Below are positions 31,799 to 42,931 of a stretch of DNA of 64,000 bases, in pieces. Below the pieces are notes generated by a model that saw only the letters and a program-made list of their open reading frames with translations, did not search any database and had not been told where the DNA came from. A program made the position numbers and the translations under genes. The stretch is from Diplonema japonicum. Its lineage: Eukaryota > Protista > Euglenozoa: Diplonemea. Location of the stretch: NCBI GenBank assembly GCA_964019335.1, contig OZ025686.1:310001-374000 (forward strand), given 5' to 3'. The first letter of the stretch is position 1. Every line of letters begins with the position of its first letter.

Positions 31799-32090
31799 TT
31801 CTTTTTTTTTTTTCTTCTTTTTTTTTTTCCCCCCCGCTTCTCACCCCCTTCCTTTCTTTTACAAAAAAAAAAAGAACGCAAACGCGCTCAGAAGAGCTGC
31901 TGTGTCTTAATTCCTTTCACAGGTAACAAAAAACAAAGCGATGCTAGAGGCTGACAAAACGAACAAACAAAAAAAAAGCTCATATTAGACAAGGGAAGGG
32001 AAGGGGGGGGGGGGGGTGGGATTAAAAAACAGGTCAGAAAAGGGACAAATAAGAGACAAAAATAAAGTGGGGAGGGGGAGGGGGGGAAAT

Positions 32091-33473
32091 CTAAGTCGAC
32101 GCCCTTCTAGGACTGAACCATCCCGTGATCCACGAAAAAATGCTCCCGTTTGGAGACGGGCAATCTACGGTATGCGGATGAGGGACAGCCGTGTTAGGAG
32201 TGGCAGGGGGTAGGGGTAGGGGTAGGGACCTGGCGGAAATGGCTTCAACAAGACGGCTCCTTGTGCGGGCTATTGTGACTCGCCGAGCGGCAATGGCTTG
32301 TACGTGCCTGTCAAGGCGAGCGTCTTCCTCATTGAGTTTAATAACAGCAGCCTTCAAGTCGCCAAGGGGAACGGGGTTCTGAATGAGATTATCAATCCTC
32401 GTCTGCAGCTCGCATGGCTCCGAGGCGATTAAGGGCGTGTTATGCTCCTCCTTCTCATTGTCTTGTTCCTCACGTGCGTCAGGTGGGTTCAAAGGTGTTG
32501 TGCAAACAACCTCCTGCGGTGTGGCGGGCTTTGTATCAACCTCCATCGATTCGCTTTCAAACTGCTTCATCACCTCAAGCTCTTCTTCGTCGGGGACCTC
32601 ACGTGCATTGGGTGCGTCAGGTGGGTTCAAAGGTGTTGTGCAAACAACCTCCTGTTCATCCAGCCCGAGGTTCAACGGTGTGACGGCCTCTGTTACAACT
32701 TCTGTATCATTGTTAACACAGGTGTTGTCTAACAGGTCTGACGGCAAGGAAGCGTCCATGTCCATCGATTCGCTTTCAAACTGTTTCATCACTTCAAGTT
32801 CTTCTTCGTCGGGCTCTGCGCGTGATTCTCTGGTCGATGCATTGGGTGTGTACAGAGGGTTCAAAGGTGTAATGCAGGGTTGGTCATCAAATTGTGGCGG
32901 ACGTGGGGTTTGAGGGGTGTGAGGTGTACGGGTGCATTGGACCCTTTGTTCTAGGTCGGCGAAGGCTTGTGAAGTTTCGGTTGTTGATGGTGTGGTGGCT
33001 GTCTTGCTTTCTTTGATCTTTTGTTCGAGTTCTGCGAATGTTTTCGCGGTGTTCTCTCTCCTTGTCAACTCCTTGTGCCGAACCACAGATGCTTGCTCGG
33101 GTTCGGTGGGTGGTTGGGCTTTTCTACCTTTGACCATCGCCTCAAGCGCAGCAAATCTCTTCACAGTGTTTTCTCTTTTAATCATTTCCTGGGGTATGAT
33201 GATGTTTCCGTTGCCTATGTGTCGCCGGCTTGCGCGGATTTCTTCGAGTTTGGTGCGTTTTGCTTGGGGTTCGGTTGCTAAGGGTGAGGTTTCTTCTATC
33301 AGCCTGCCGATGCTTTCGCCGCACTCTTCCTCCTCCACCTTCAACAGCGTCCTCTTGCGACGGCCGGGTGTCTTGTTCTCAATTGGTGTCGATATTTTCT
33401 CTAATTCTTCTTCTTCTTCTTCGTCGTCTTCTTCTACAAGACATTTCTTCAACCTCCTCCGTGTTATTGCCAT
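32091..33473 (-). CDS. Low-complexity acidic/Thr-Pro-rich protein with internal repeats
   Basis: 460-aa ORF; EEELEVMKQFESESM x2, QEVVCTTPLNPPDA x2; short C-terminal coiled coil. Confidence 0.7.
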   Translation of the reverse strand: MAITRRRLKKCLVEEDDEEEEEELEKISTPIENKTPGRRKRTLLKVEEEECGESIGRLIEETSPLATEPQAKRTKLEEIRASRRHIGNGNIIIPQEMIKRENTVKRFAALEAMVKGRKAQPPTEPEQASVVRHKELTRRENTAKTFAELEQKIKESKTATTPSTTETSQAFADLEQRVQCTRTPHTPQTPRPPQFDDQPCITPLNPLYTPNASTRESRAEPDEEELEVMKQFESESMDMDASLPSDLLDNTCVNNDTEVVTEAVTPLNLGLDEQEVVCTTPLNPPDAPNAREVPDEEELEVMKQFESESMEVDTKPATPQEVVCTTPLNPPDAREEQDNEKEEHNTPLIASEPCELQTRIDNLIQNPVPLGDLKAAVIKLNEEDARLDRHVQAIAARRVTIARTRSRLVEAISARSLPLPLPPATPNTAVPHPHTVDCPSPNGSIFSWITGWFSPRRAST

Positions 33474-33854
33474 GTTCTTTTTTTTTTTTTTTTTATTGCC
33501 TGTTTTTTTTTTTGTTTTTTTTTTTTTTGTTTTTTTTTTGTTTTGTTTTGGCTGACGAAAATATGCATTAAAAGGAAAGTGGTGGGAAAGGGAAAAAAAA
33601 AAAAAAAAAAAGAAGGAAAATGAACATGATCAACGTAATAAGGGGATGTTCCCAAGAAGCACGCGTATATTTTTCGCGCTCATTTATGGGGGTAGGGTGC
33701 AAGAAAAAGGGAAAAAAAAAGAAAATGCACAACGAAAAAAAAAGTAAGGGGAAATCGAAAAATAACCTGGTTTTTTCGTTCACCCCCTCTTTTTTGTTTT
33801 CTTCAAATAAAAAAAGAAAATGATGAACTGGAAGAGGTAAGAACGGGGTGGTGG

Positions 33855-33886
<32 letters not shown>

Positions 33887-33986
33887 GGAGAAGGGGTAGA
33901 AGAAGAAAAGAAAAAATCACTATGATTGAAGAAAAATGATACTTTATATGAGGTGTGTGAAGGAAGTAAAACAAAAAACGATAAAG

Positions 33987-34017
<31 letters not shown>

Positions 34018-34022
34018 TATTC

Positions 34023-36041
34023 TTACCATTTTCCGCCCTTGTAGCCACCGCCACCCTTTCTACCCTTTCCTCCCTTTCCGGAGTTGCTGAATTTGCCACC
34101 GCCCTTGCCCTTGCCCTTGCCCTTGCCCTTACCCTTGCCTTTAGAGACCTTTTCAAGGAGTTCGGGGAGAACAGTGGGGATTTCGAGCCAGTCGTCCTTG
34201 TCGACTGTCTCCTGGAGTTTGTCGCAAATGTCCTCGCGGACATCGAAGACAGCGCCCCATCTGTCGGCGGTAAACTGCATAGTGGTGATGCTCTTGGGGT
34301 CGTTCAAGACGTCTTCGGGAAGGACCTTCCTCAGGGCACCCCACACGTAGCCGAGACCGTCGATTTCCTTCCACTTGGAGCTGAACTGGTAGCAGCGGTA
34401 GCCAGTGGCGTTTGAGAGGATTGACTTCGCAGCAGGCTTCTCGGTGTGCCCTGTTGCCAGAGCAAGTGCTGCGGCAACTGCCTTGTTGGCGTCGCCCACG
34501 GTTTTGATAAGCTCGGAAGCCTGCTCCGTGAAGTGCTCTGTCACCTCGTCGGGGATCCTGGCCGCGTCCTGGATGGCTGTCGTCGCGGCGATTTCCATTA
34601 CCTGCGACGGCTGCGGTGCGGACAGCCACTCGAACGTGTTCTTGGTCTGTGTCTGGATCGTCTTCACGCTGTTCTTGGCGTTTGCTGCGTACAACGTCAC
34701 GCACACACCCTTTCTGCCGGCCCTACCTGTTCGCCCAGACCTGTGCACGTACGTCTCGACCTCTGGGTATCCACCCCTCGATTCCGGCACTTTTGAGTTG
34801 ATCACCAGGTCCACTCTCATGTCCAGACCCCTTGCCGCGACATCCGTCGCCACCAGAACCCTGAACCTGCCGTTGCGGAAGGCGTCAAGGGTGGTCTCCC
34901 TGCACGCCTGTGCGATGTCGCCGTGGAGGGGCTTCGCCTCGTATTTCATTGTTTCATCCGCGCACATCTCATTGCACTCTGCTTTTGTCGAGCAGAACAC
35001 CAAAGCCCGTCCGGTAGCACCCGCGTACATACCGATGCAGTCGGAGATGGTGGCCACACGGCTGGTGTAGTGGGTCACGATGGCGATGTGTCGGACGTCC
35101 TTGGAGGCGCTGCCCTCGGAGTCTGTCACCATGTCGATGACCTTGTGGTCCACCATGTGCTTCTGTGCGACTTCGGCGACCCATGAGGGGAGGGTGGCGG
35201 AGAACAGGCACTTCTGGTGCTTGGAGCTAGCCTGGTCGAGGATCTTGTCAACGTCCTCCTTGAAGCCCATCTCAAGCATCTTGTCAGCCTCGTCGAGGAC
35301 GACGTGTGCAATCTCGTTGAGGTCAAGGGTGCCCCTCTCGAGATGGTCGATCACCCTACCAGGCGTCCCCACCAGGACATCAACACCGTCCCTAAGAACC
35401 TGGCATTGCTTGCCCATGGGGGCACCACCATAGACGCAAAGGACTTCAAGGTTGGAGGCGACGGAGGTGAACTCCTTCCCGACCTGCTGAGCGAGCTCTC
35501 TGGTGGGTGCGAGGACAAGGCATGCAGGCTTCCTGCCACGCGGTCGCCTCCCGAGCTTGAGAAGGGTCTCCACAATGGGAAGGGCGAAGGCAAGGGTTTT
35601 GCCGCATCCGGTTCTTGCACGGCCGATGATGTCCTTGCCCTCTGAGATGTGTTTGAAGGTCGCGGCCTGGATGGGGAACAGTGCCTTGATGCCCCTCTCA
35701 AGAAGCGCTTCCTTTGTGATGTCGCTGAGTTCGAAGTTATCCACGTGGAAGGGGTCCTTCTCCTCCTCGGAGTCGGAGTCACCAACCGACGAGCTGTCTT
35801 CCTTCTTCGCTCGCTTCGGGGAACCGATTTGCTTCTCTGCCTTCCTCTTCACTGCCTTCTTGGGGCTTGCTTTGGGGCTCTTCTTCGGGCTTTTCTTCGG
35901 GCTCGCCTTAGGGCTCCTCTTCACAACTTTCTTCGGCTTCGGAACCTCAACAGAGCTGTCCGAGTCCGAGCTGCTAGACTCGGGCTCAGGCTCAGGCTTC
36001 TTCTTCATTACCTTCTTCGTCGTCTTCTTTGCGACAGCCAT
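34023..36041 (-). CDS. DDX21: Nucleolar DEAD-box RNA helicase (DDX21/RH7-like)
   Basis: Q motif, ARTGCGKT, PTRELA, DEAD, SAT, YVHRSGRTGRAG; K/SP-rich N-terminus and GK-rich tail. Confidence 0.88.
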   Translation of the reverse strand: MAVAKKTTKKVMKKKPEPEPESSSSDSDSSVEVPKPKKVVKRSPKASPKKSPKKSPKASPKKAVKRKAEKQIGSPKRAKKEDSSSVGDSDSEEEKDPFHVDNFELSDITKEALLERGIKALFPIQAATFKHISEGKDIIGRARTGCGKTLAFALPIVETLLKLGRRPRGRKPACLVLAPTRELAQQVGKEFTSVASNLEVLCVYGGAPMGKQCQVLRDGVDVLVGTPGRVIDHLERGTLDLNEIAHVVLDEADKMLEMGFKEDVDKILDQASSKHQKCLFSATLPSWVAEVAQKHMVDHKVIDMVTDSEGSASKDVRHIAIVTHYTSRVATISDCIGMYAGATGRALVFCSTKAECNEMCADETMKYEAKPLHGDIAQACRETTLDAFRNGRFRVLVATDVAARGLDMRVDLVINSKVPESRGGYPEVETYVHRSGRTGRAGRKGVCVTLYAANAKNSVKTIQTQTKNTFEWLSAPQPSQVMEIAATTAIQDAARIPDEVTEHFTEQASELIKTVGDANKAVAAALALATGHTEKPAAKSILSNATGYRCYQFSSKWKEIDGLGYVWGALRKVLPEDVLNDPKSITTMQFTADRWGAVFDVREDICDKLQETVDKDDWLEIPTVLPELLEKVSKGKGKGKGKGKGKGGGKFSNSGKGGKGRKGGGGYKGGKW

Positions 36042-36861
36042 TTTTTTTTTTTGTGTGTTGTGTGTATTGCTGTAGGGTGGGGTTTTTTTTTTATAAGAAA
36101 GAAGAGGGGGGGAAGGAAGGGTGGGGAAAAAAAAAAGAGAAAGAAAAAGAGGGGATCACTATGATGGGGGGAGTAGCGTTTAGCTCCGACCCCACCAAAA
36201 AAAAAAATATAATCTAAAGAACGATGGGGGACAAAAATAGAGAAATAAGAAAAAAAAAGGAAAAGAAAAAGGAGGGACACTGCAACAACAAGCTAACATA
36301 AGCATAGGGGAAAGGCAGAGGTGTGGTGGGGGTTAAAAGAAAAGGAATCGGGGGAATGGGGGTAGAAAAAAAAGTAAAGCGTCTAGGAAAAAAAAAATCT
36401 GTAATTTTGTTTACTTCGAAAGAGACAAGCTGCACAATTAAAGGAGGGTTTCACGGAAGGGGGCCCTCCCGCCCCCTTTTCTTTTTTGTAGGGGGTTAAC
36501 ATATTTTTTTTATTGAATACTGTAAAATGAAAAGGTGCCGGACTGACAAATGTCCGAGTTTTTTTTTTTTTTTTTTTTTTTTTTCGGACTATTTTTTTTT
36601 TCTTTTTTTTTTTTAAATTCCCAGTCCGGGTATTCTTCGAAAGGCATCCCAGAACATTTTCTCCGTCCAGATAAATTTTCCCACCTCCCCCAACTTTACA
36701 AGTATTTTTTTCTTCTTCTTTTTTTTAATTTTTTTTTTTTTTTCGTTCTTTTTTTAATGAAAAAAAAGTAATGAACAACAAGAAAAAAAAAAGCGGGAGA
36801 AAACGGGATCTAAAAAAAAAAAATGGGGGGGAGGGGGAATGAACTCTCTTTTGAGACATTT

Positions 36862-38184
36862 CTAAGCCTTGGTGTATGCAGGGTCACGGACACGGGTAGG
36901 GGCGTTAGGAGCACCGAGAATATGCCCATAAGAAGACTTCTCATACGCTTCGCGCTGAGCGTTCATGCTTGCAGCCTCAGGGTAGTACTTTAGAACAAAT
37001 GGATGGTACATGATGTCGTAAGCACGAATACGCTTCGTTTTATCGTAGCAGAGACACTGTTGGAGAAGATCGAGAAAGTCTTTGTCGATAACCATTCTGG
37101 AGAGCGGTTGGATCGTCCGGAATTTCTGCTGAATTCGTGGGCTGGCTCTGTCTACCCATGACATGTCTAGCTCCTTGTTTTCATTGAAATACTTCTTGTG
37201 CTCTGGTGTCATATATTCCATGAGCCATGACGGGAATTTTCCAAGAGTCCGTTCCATCAAGCACAGGTGCTCCCTGTTCTCGTGGGTCTCGTAGAGAAGC
37301 CTCCCGGTCAACAGTTCGATCAAAATGCACCCCACGCTCCATATGTCGGCACCGAACATCCATCCTCCGTTCACGATGACCTCCGGCGCCCTGTAGTGCC
37401 TGGTAGATACAATTGTGTTCCTTCCGTGCCTTTCGTCAGTCGTACCACCAAAGTCAATGACCCTAATCTTGGTCTTAGGCGGCAGGTTGTATCTTCGGAG
37501 CTGTTTTTTTTTTTTTTTTTTTTTTTTTTTTGTGGATAATACCCCAGATTTGTCAACAGTTTCAACTTGTTCCTGGAGGAGGATGTTCTCAGGCTTCAAG
37601 TCCGTGTGGATCAGCTTCAAGCGTGCGTGGAGGTAGTTAAGAGCTGCGCCGAGCTGCCACGCGATGTGCGCGATCTCGTGTAGCTTGAAGGTGCTGCACT
37701 TGTTTAGATAGTCAAGAAGGCAAAACCCGAGCTTTGGAAACACAATGCACATATGCTGCCCCGTCTGCGGGCTGTGCACAGGGAAGTAAGTACGGTACTT
37801 CACAGTGGGGTAGAAGTCGGACTGGTCATCGTCTTTGATACGGTGCAGTATCTGGATCTCGAACTTCGCGTCTCTTGTGTACTTTTCGATGGCACGGACC
37901 AGCTTAATGGCCACGTAAGCCTTCCTCTTTCTGTCCCATGCTTCGATCACCTTCGCAAAGGTACCCTCGCCCAGAAGATCAAGGATCTTCCACCTGTGCG
38001 GGTCTGGTGTCCCCTCCACGTCCTCTCCCAGTACCACATTGTAATGTCCAGGCTCTTTGCTCTGATGCGGGGTGTATGTCTTCTTCTTCTTCTGGACTGT
38101 CGTGTCCTTCAAGGCATCCCCTGCGGTCCTCTTCCCACCGCTCAGCCTCTTGGGCTGCTCAGTCGCCGTCGTAGCCGGATCCAT
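36862..38184 (-). CDS. CLK: CLK/LAMMER kinase (KKT10/19-like)
   Basis: LGEGTFAKV, HTDLKPEN, VSTRHYRAPE, EHLCLMERTLG; in-frame 42-nt intron 37501-37542. Confidence 0.92.
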   Translation of the reverse strand: MDPATTATEQPKRLSGGKRTAGDALKDTTVQKKKKTYTPHQSKEPGHYNVVLGEDVEGTPDPHRWKILDLLGEGTFAKVIEAWDRKRKAYVAIKLVRAIEKYTRDAKFEIQILHRIKDDDQSDFYPTVKYRTYFPVHSPQTGQHMCIVFPKLGFCLLDYLNKCSTFKLHEIAHIAWQLGAALNYLHARLKLIHTDLKPENILLQEQVETVDKSGVLSTKKKKKKKKKQLRRYNLPPKTKIRVIDFGGTTDERHGRNTIVSTRHYRAPEVIVNGGWMFGADIWSVGCILIELLTGRLLYETHENREHLCLMERTLGKFPSWLMEYMTPEHKKYFNENKELDMSWVDRASPRIQQKFRTIQPLSRMVIDKDFLDLLQQCLCYDKTKRIRAYDIMYHPFVLKYYPEAASMNAQREAYEKSSYGHILGAPNAPTRVRDPAYTKA

Positions 38185-38286
38185 TGTCCTGTGGCCGTGT
38201 GTCCTGTGGGGGGCGTTGTGTCAGGAGAATGTTATGGAAAGGAGGGGGAAAAAAAAAAGAAAAAAAAAATGTTATTCACATTCGTA

Positions 38287-39411
38287 TTAAGACTGCATGG
38301 TAGAAGTCATGGTCATGGTCATGGTGGCGTCGTGCGTTTCCTCCTCTTCCTCTTCCTCCTCTTCTCCCGACATTATTTCATCGATCTCGGGTATGTCAGA
38401 CTGTTGTTTTTGTTTTGTTTTTGTTTTGTTCTTCCCCTCCCTTCCTGTGGGGAACAAAGGAACACATACCAGTTCATTGCTAGCCACGTCCAGCATGAAC
38501 AGCTCGTTGGTAGGGGTGCCTGTGGCGTGAGGGGTGCCGCCGAAGAGGCACAACTTGTTTCCCGCAACGGAGAAGGAACAATAAGATCGGGGTGACGGGG
38601 CTGCGTTCGTAGTGATCGTGGACCAGATCAACTGATCGGCTGCGAGATCTAACGTGTACACCGAGCTGTCAGCGGTAGGCAACCCGCCGAAGATGTACAG
38701 CAGTCCTTTGTGTGCAGTGGCGGTGTGCCCGTACCGTGGGCCTGGTTTGTTGCTGGGATCGATGCGGACCCACGTGGAGATGGGGGCTTCAAAACACAAA
38801 AGGTCGTCTAATGCATCCTCCTCCTGGTCCTTCCCACCGAACACAAGCAGCTTATCGCCAACTGTGGTCATCGTGTGCGAGCTTCGTTTGCTCGGTGCCG
38901 TACCTGCTCCCGTCGCAGACCAGACTCCGGTCCCCTCGTTCAGAACCCATAGTTTGTTTGTGACCTCTGTCGTGCAGCCTCCAAAGACGTATACTGAACC
39001 ACTGCACCATGCAGCCGCAGAGAATGTGACGCCCCCAGGCGATGTGCCTGTTGTTTCTTTCTTCTCCACGGTGTCGTCTTTTATCACGTATGTGTCGTGG
39101 TTCCGTTTCTGGCTCTGTGCGCCCCACCCACCCATCAGGTACAAGGTGTCCCCGTCACTGCAACAGCAGTGTTGTGTTAGATCAGCAAGCAGTCTCACGT
39201 CACCTTCGCTTCCGCACAGCCTCTTGTCGCTCCACGTTGCAGACGGGTCTACTTCCATTGTCCTGTACACCCCACTCCCTACCACCGCTAACTTGTTGCC
39301 ACCAATCGTGCTGCTTTGATGCTGCTGCCGTGCAGAAGGTGCTTCACCGTAACATAATTGCGTCCACGTGTATATCAGCTCATCTGGGCTGGCCGGGCTG
39401 CCTGACGCCAT
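38287..39411 (-). CDS. Kelch-repeat beta-propeller protein
   Basis: Repeated (Y/V)xFGG...W blades; probable intron 38401-38469. Confidence 0.88.
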   Translation of the reverse strand: MASGSPASPDELIYTWTQLCYGEAPSARQQHQSSTIGGNKLAVVGSGVYRTMEVDPSATWSDKRLCGSEGDVRLLADLTQHCCCSDGDTLYLMGGWGAQSQKRNHDTYVIKDDTVEKKETTGTSPGGVTFSAAAWCSGSVYVFGGCTTEVTNKLWVLNEGTGVWSATGAGTAPSKRSSHTMTTVGDKLLVFGGKDQEEDALDDLLCFEAPISTWVRIDPSNKPGPRYGHTATAHKGLLYIFGGLPTADSSVYTLDLAADQLIWSTITTNAAPSPRSYCSFSVAGNKLCLFGGTPHATGTPTNELFMLDVASNELVCVPLFPTGREGKNKTKTKQKQQSDIPEIDEIMSGEEEEEEEEETHDATMTMTMTSTMQS

Positions 39412-39525
39412 TCCCCTGGAAACAAAGATTATTCGCGAGCATAGGGGTAGGGGTAGCAATAAATAATAACTACAAAACTATCATCAACATGGGTTTTTTT
39501 TGGGGGGGGGAACTATCTAAGGCGA

Positions 39526-42500
39526 TTACCAATACGACCCGAAGGTCTCGTTTACATCCCTGTGTATGGTGCTTGCATAAGGACTGACCCGGTCCGTTTG
39601 CGGCCCTTGTGACAGGTACCTTTGCGCTTCTTCTACTTCCATTTTCGACCATATTTCTTGCTGGGTTTTCCATTGTTGTTTGGTATTGCCTGTGCTTGCA
39701 GTTCTGGTCTTTCTTCGGAATTGTTGTTGGAGGTATGCCTCTTCCTGGGCAGCGAGGGTCTCACGGCGGAGAGCGCTGTTCTTCTCGGCACGTTCTTTTT
39801 TCAGCATTTGCTTATAACGCGCTTCAGAATCAGCTTCCAGTTTGCTGTCCTTGAGGTCCCGCAACGCCTTCCTTCTCGCTGCCTCTTCTTCTCTCCGCAG
39901 TTCTTCCTTTTTCTTCAGGAGTTCTCGTTGTCTGTATTGCTCCTTCCGCGCCTCTATGGCTGCTCTTCGTACGGTTTCTTCTCGTTTCTTTGTGGTTTCC
40001 ATCAATTTTGCTTGCTCACCGGCCTTTTGCCTGATCTCGTCCATGCGTTGCTGATGGGTTTCCGTGTGTTTTTTGATGATCCCTGCTTTGATACGGTCGG
40101 CCTCAGCGTCCTTTGCCGACCATTGAGCTTCTTTCCCTTCCCACGCCGTTAGGTCATTTTCGACAAACCTGCTCCACAGTGACAACTGTTTGTGAGCTTT
40201 GGAGTAGTACGCCTTGCGATCTGCTTCGATGCGCGCACAGGTTGCAAGCCTACCGGACGCGTACTTCAGACCAGCTGCCCGTTGTTTGGCAGTGAATGCT
40301 TCTTGTTTCCTTCGTTGGTTGTCAACGACGGTCCAAGCCTCCTCATCTCTTTTAAGTTGTGCTTCTTTTTCCTCCTCGAGTCTGATGGCTTCGCGTGCCG
40401 CGTGTTCCACAAAGACCTCCTGCCGTCCCAACAAGCCAAGGTACACTCTTTTCAAAGTGTCTGTGGCATTCTGTTTCAACGATTCTCGGAGATGCGTGAG
40501 TTTGGTGTACGCGGCAGTTGTGAGGAAGACATCTGACAGCGTACCGACCTGAAGGTCGGACTGGGGGATGTTGAGGTGGTGTTGAATAGATAGACATTGG
40601 TCCCGAGGCGAAGCTTCCCGTGTATACGGAGGATAGAGACACCCGTAGCGTGCGGTGAACGTGTGGAAAGATGTCATCTGCGGGCCTGACTCGAGAAGCT
40701 TCACGGTGGACACAATACCGTTGCAGTGGAGCTGCCTGTACACTTCGTCGCCCTCAAAGAGGTTGGGACGTTTCGATGTGTTTGGTTTGACGCATCGCAC
40801 CCACAGAGTTTCTGTCTCGGCAACAACGTCAAGCAGGTTGTTCAACTCCTCTTTGAACTCTCTGCTCAGCAGAGTGGTCGAGACCGATCGGTTGCTTGCA
40901 ACCACGCGTTTCGTTCCCTCGTTCCCAGACGAACCCAGGAACTTCACAACCTCATCCTTAACCGGGTGCTTGTTCTTCTCGATGCTTCCCGTAACCTTGT
41001 ACCTTACGTCCCCTGCGTAGTGCGTCACAATGAAATCCCACGGCTCCGAAGCCACTTTTGGTTTATTAAAGTAAGGGTTCAACCGCTGTCCCTGAGGCCC
41101 GGTGTAGCTTGCGTAGAGCTTTTCTAAGTACGATGAATCGGAAGATTTCAAACCAGACAGTGCACACTCGTCCTCGAGGGTTCTTAGGATCCCAGTCCGG
41201 CTTTCAATGAGGTCGATGCATTTTGCGTTGGAAACGTGTTTTGCGATTTTGAACGAAACGGACTGTGCCTTGCAAGCGGAGGTCATCGCCATGAAAAGCT
41301 GTGTGTTGTAGTGGTGTTGCAGCGATTCGTTGGCGTAGTTGATGAGAAACTGCTCGAGAAAATTTTCCCCGAAGTTTTCAAAGCCGAACAGGTCCAGCAA
41401 CGAGATCGTTGTGGACCTCACGGGGCCCACGGGTTTCAACTGTTCGTTGACCAAGCTCACAACCCAATCGAACAGCGATTTGTAAAGAAATTTTGCAATC
41501 CCGTTCCGAGTAGCCTCCGCCTTCACAACTGACAGACCGGATGTGATCATCTCTGACTCCCCCGGCGCCCGCATTGTGGTGGTGGTCAATGTTTTTAAAA
41601 GCCCGTCTGGTGAGACACCAAGGAGCGTCGCTGCTTTTTCAACATGAACATGATCGACAACTTCTGACCCGTCGTTTCTTTTTGCCGGTCGAAAGGTTAT
41701 GTTCAATAGATGCATGATGGATGCCACGATGGACCAGAAGCCTGTTATTTGAACAGCGTGCGTGACGCCAAGATCGTTGAGGCTTTTTGTTATGATTTTG
41801 AAATTCTCGTGGTCATCAACGTTGCGCACAAGGTTTGTAGTGCCCGGGTTGACGCACTTGAAGTCCTGCGGGCGGGTGTCGGGACCCAACAGCTGCGTTT
41901 TGATCCCTTCGTTGCCCTTCAGCAACGCGTAGAAAACGTGGAAGTTTCTGTCCAACACCCCATGCGACACGACCCTGGAGACCTCCAGCAGATACGTACT
42001 CAGCTTCGCACCTTTCAAGTGATTCTCACCATCGAACAATAACGTAATATACTTCCCAAACCTGCTGGAATTGTCATTTTTCTCCGTTTTCGCGTTTCCG
42101 ATAACCTCCAACAACAGCATAGCATCCATTACTCTCCTCCTGACCTCCTTCCCCGTCTTGACGGATAGGTATCCCAAAAGAGCTTTTGTCGTTTCTGTTT
42201 TGCCGGCGCCGGACTCTCCAGTGACGACGATTGATGTCGATGCACGGGCGAGGCTTTTATAAGCACGGCGAGCCAAGGAGAAGGGGTGGTGATGGGGGGG
42301 TTTTTTGTAGTGTTTGTGATCGTACAAAGGTCCTTCGGGTAATTTATATGTATATGGGTTCACAACTATGACGATGTCCTTCCCCAGCCGGGTGCAGCAC
42401 TGCCCCGTAAGGTACACGTTACGAAGGGCGCAGAACACGATTCCTTCGTGAAGCATCCCAAGGTCCATCACATCCTCGGGGCATTCTCCCAGGACTCCTT

Positions 42501-42651
42501 TATCCATTACCTCGCAGACCTGATCGACTCCGTACTTCTTCCCTTCTATCTTCACCATCGTTTTCTCCCCGAAACCCGTCACATCTTCCACCACACCTGG
42601 TACCCAACCCGCCTTAGGGTCTAGATAAACTACTGAAACTCCGATTTTCAT
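39526..42651 (-). CDS. Myosin (divergent motor, charged helical tail)
   Basis: GESGAGKTE, NDNSSRFGK, LDLFGFE, INYANESLQ, HYAGDVRY, VRCVKPN. Confidence 0.93.
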   Translation of the reverse strand: MKIGVSVVYLDPKAGWVPGVVEDVTGFGEKTMVKIEGKKYGVDQVCEVMDKGVLGECPEDVMDLGMLHEGIVFCALRNVYLTGQCCTRLGKDIVIVVNPYTYKLPEGPLYDHKHYKKPPHHHPFSLARRAYKSLARASTSIVVTGESGAGKTETTKALLGYLSVKTGKEVRRRVMDAMLLLEVIGNAKTEKNDNSSRFGKYITLLFDGENHLKGAKLSTYLLEVSRVVSHGVLDRNFHVFYALLKGNEGIKTQLLGPDTRPQDFKCVNPGTTNLVRNVDDHENFKIITKSLNDLGVTHAVQITGFWSIVASIMHLLNITFRPAKRNDGSEVVDHVHVEKAATLLGVSPDGLLKTLTTTTMRAPGESEMITSGLSVVKAEATRNGIAKFLYKSLFDWVVSLVNEQLKPVGPVRSTTISLLDLFGFENFGENFLEQFLINYANESLQHHYNTQLFMAMTSACKAQSVSFKIAKHVSNAKCIDLIESRTGILRTLEDECALSGLKSSDSSYLEKLYASYTGPQGQRLNPYFNKPKVASEPWDFIVTHYAGDVRYKVTGSIEKNKHPVKDEVVKFLGSSGNEGTKRVVASNRSVSTTLLSREFKEELNNLLDVVAETETLWVRCVKPNTSKRPNLFEGDEVYRQLHCNGIVSTVKLLESGPQMTSFHTFTARYGCLYPPYTREASPRDQCLSIQHHLNIPQSDLQVGTLSDVFLTTAAYTKLTHLRESLKQNATDTLKRVYLGLLGRQEVFVEHAAREAIRLEEEKEAQLKRDEEAWTVVDNQRRKQEAFTAKQRAAGLKYASGRLATCARIEADRKAYYSKAHKQLSLWSRFVENDLTAWEGKEAQWSAKDAEADRIKAGIIKKHTETHQQRMDEIRQKAGEQAKLMETTKKREETVRRAAIEARKEQYRQRELLKKKEELRREEEAARRKALRDLKDSKLEADSEARYKQMLKKERAEKNSALRRETLAAQEEAYLQQQFRRKTRTASTGNTKQQWKTQQEIWSKMEVEEAQRYLSQGPQTDRVSPYASTIHRDVNETFGSYW

Positions 42652-42662
42652 GTGGCCATGTG

Positions 42663-42695
<33 letters not shown>

Positions 42696-42931
42696 CTTTA
42701 TACAAAATTCCTCCCCCTTTTCGGTATAATAATTCAAAGTGGGTGGGGCACAAAAAAGAAGAAAAAAAAGAAAGAAAAGGAATTCAAGTTCAAGATTTTT
42801 TTTTTTTTTGGTTGTCCCCCCCCTTTTTTTTTTCCCGTCGAAATTCCCCCTCATCATATGGGGGTTAGGGGGAAGAAAAAAAAAGAATTGAGAGGGGTGG
42901 GAAAAAATAGGGGGTGTGTGTGGGGTAGTAT

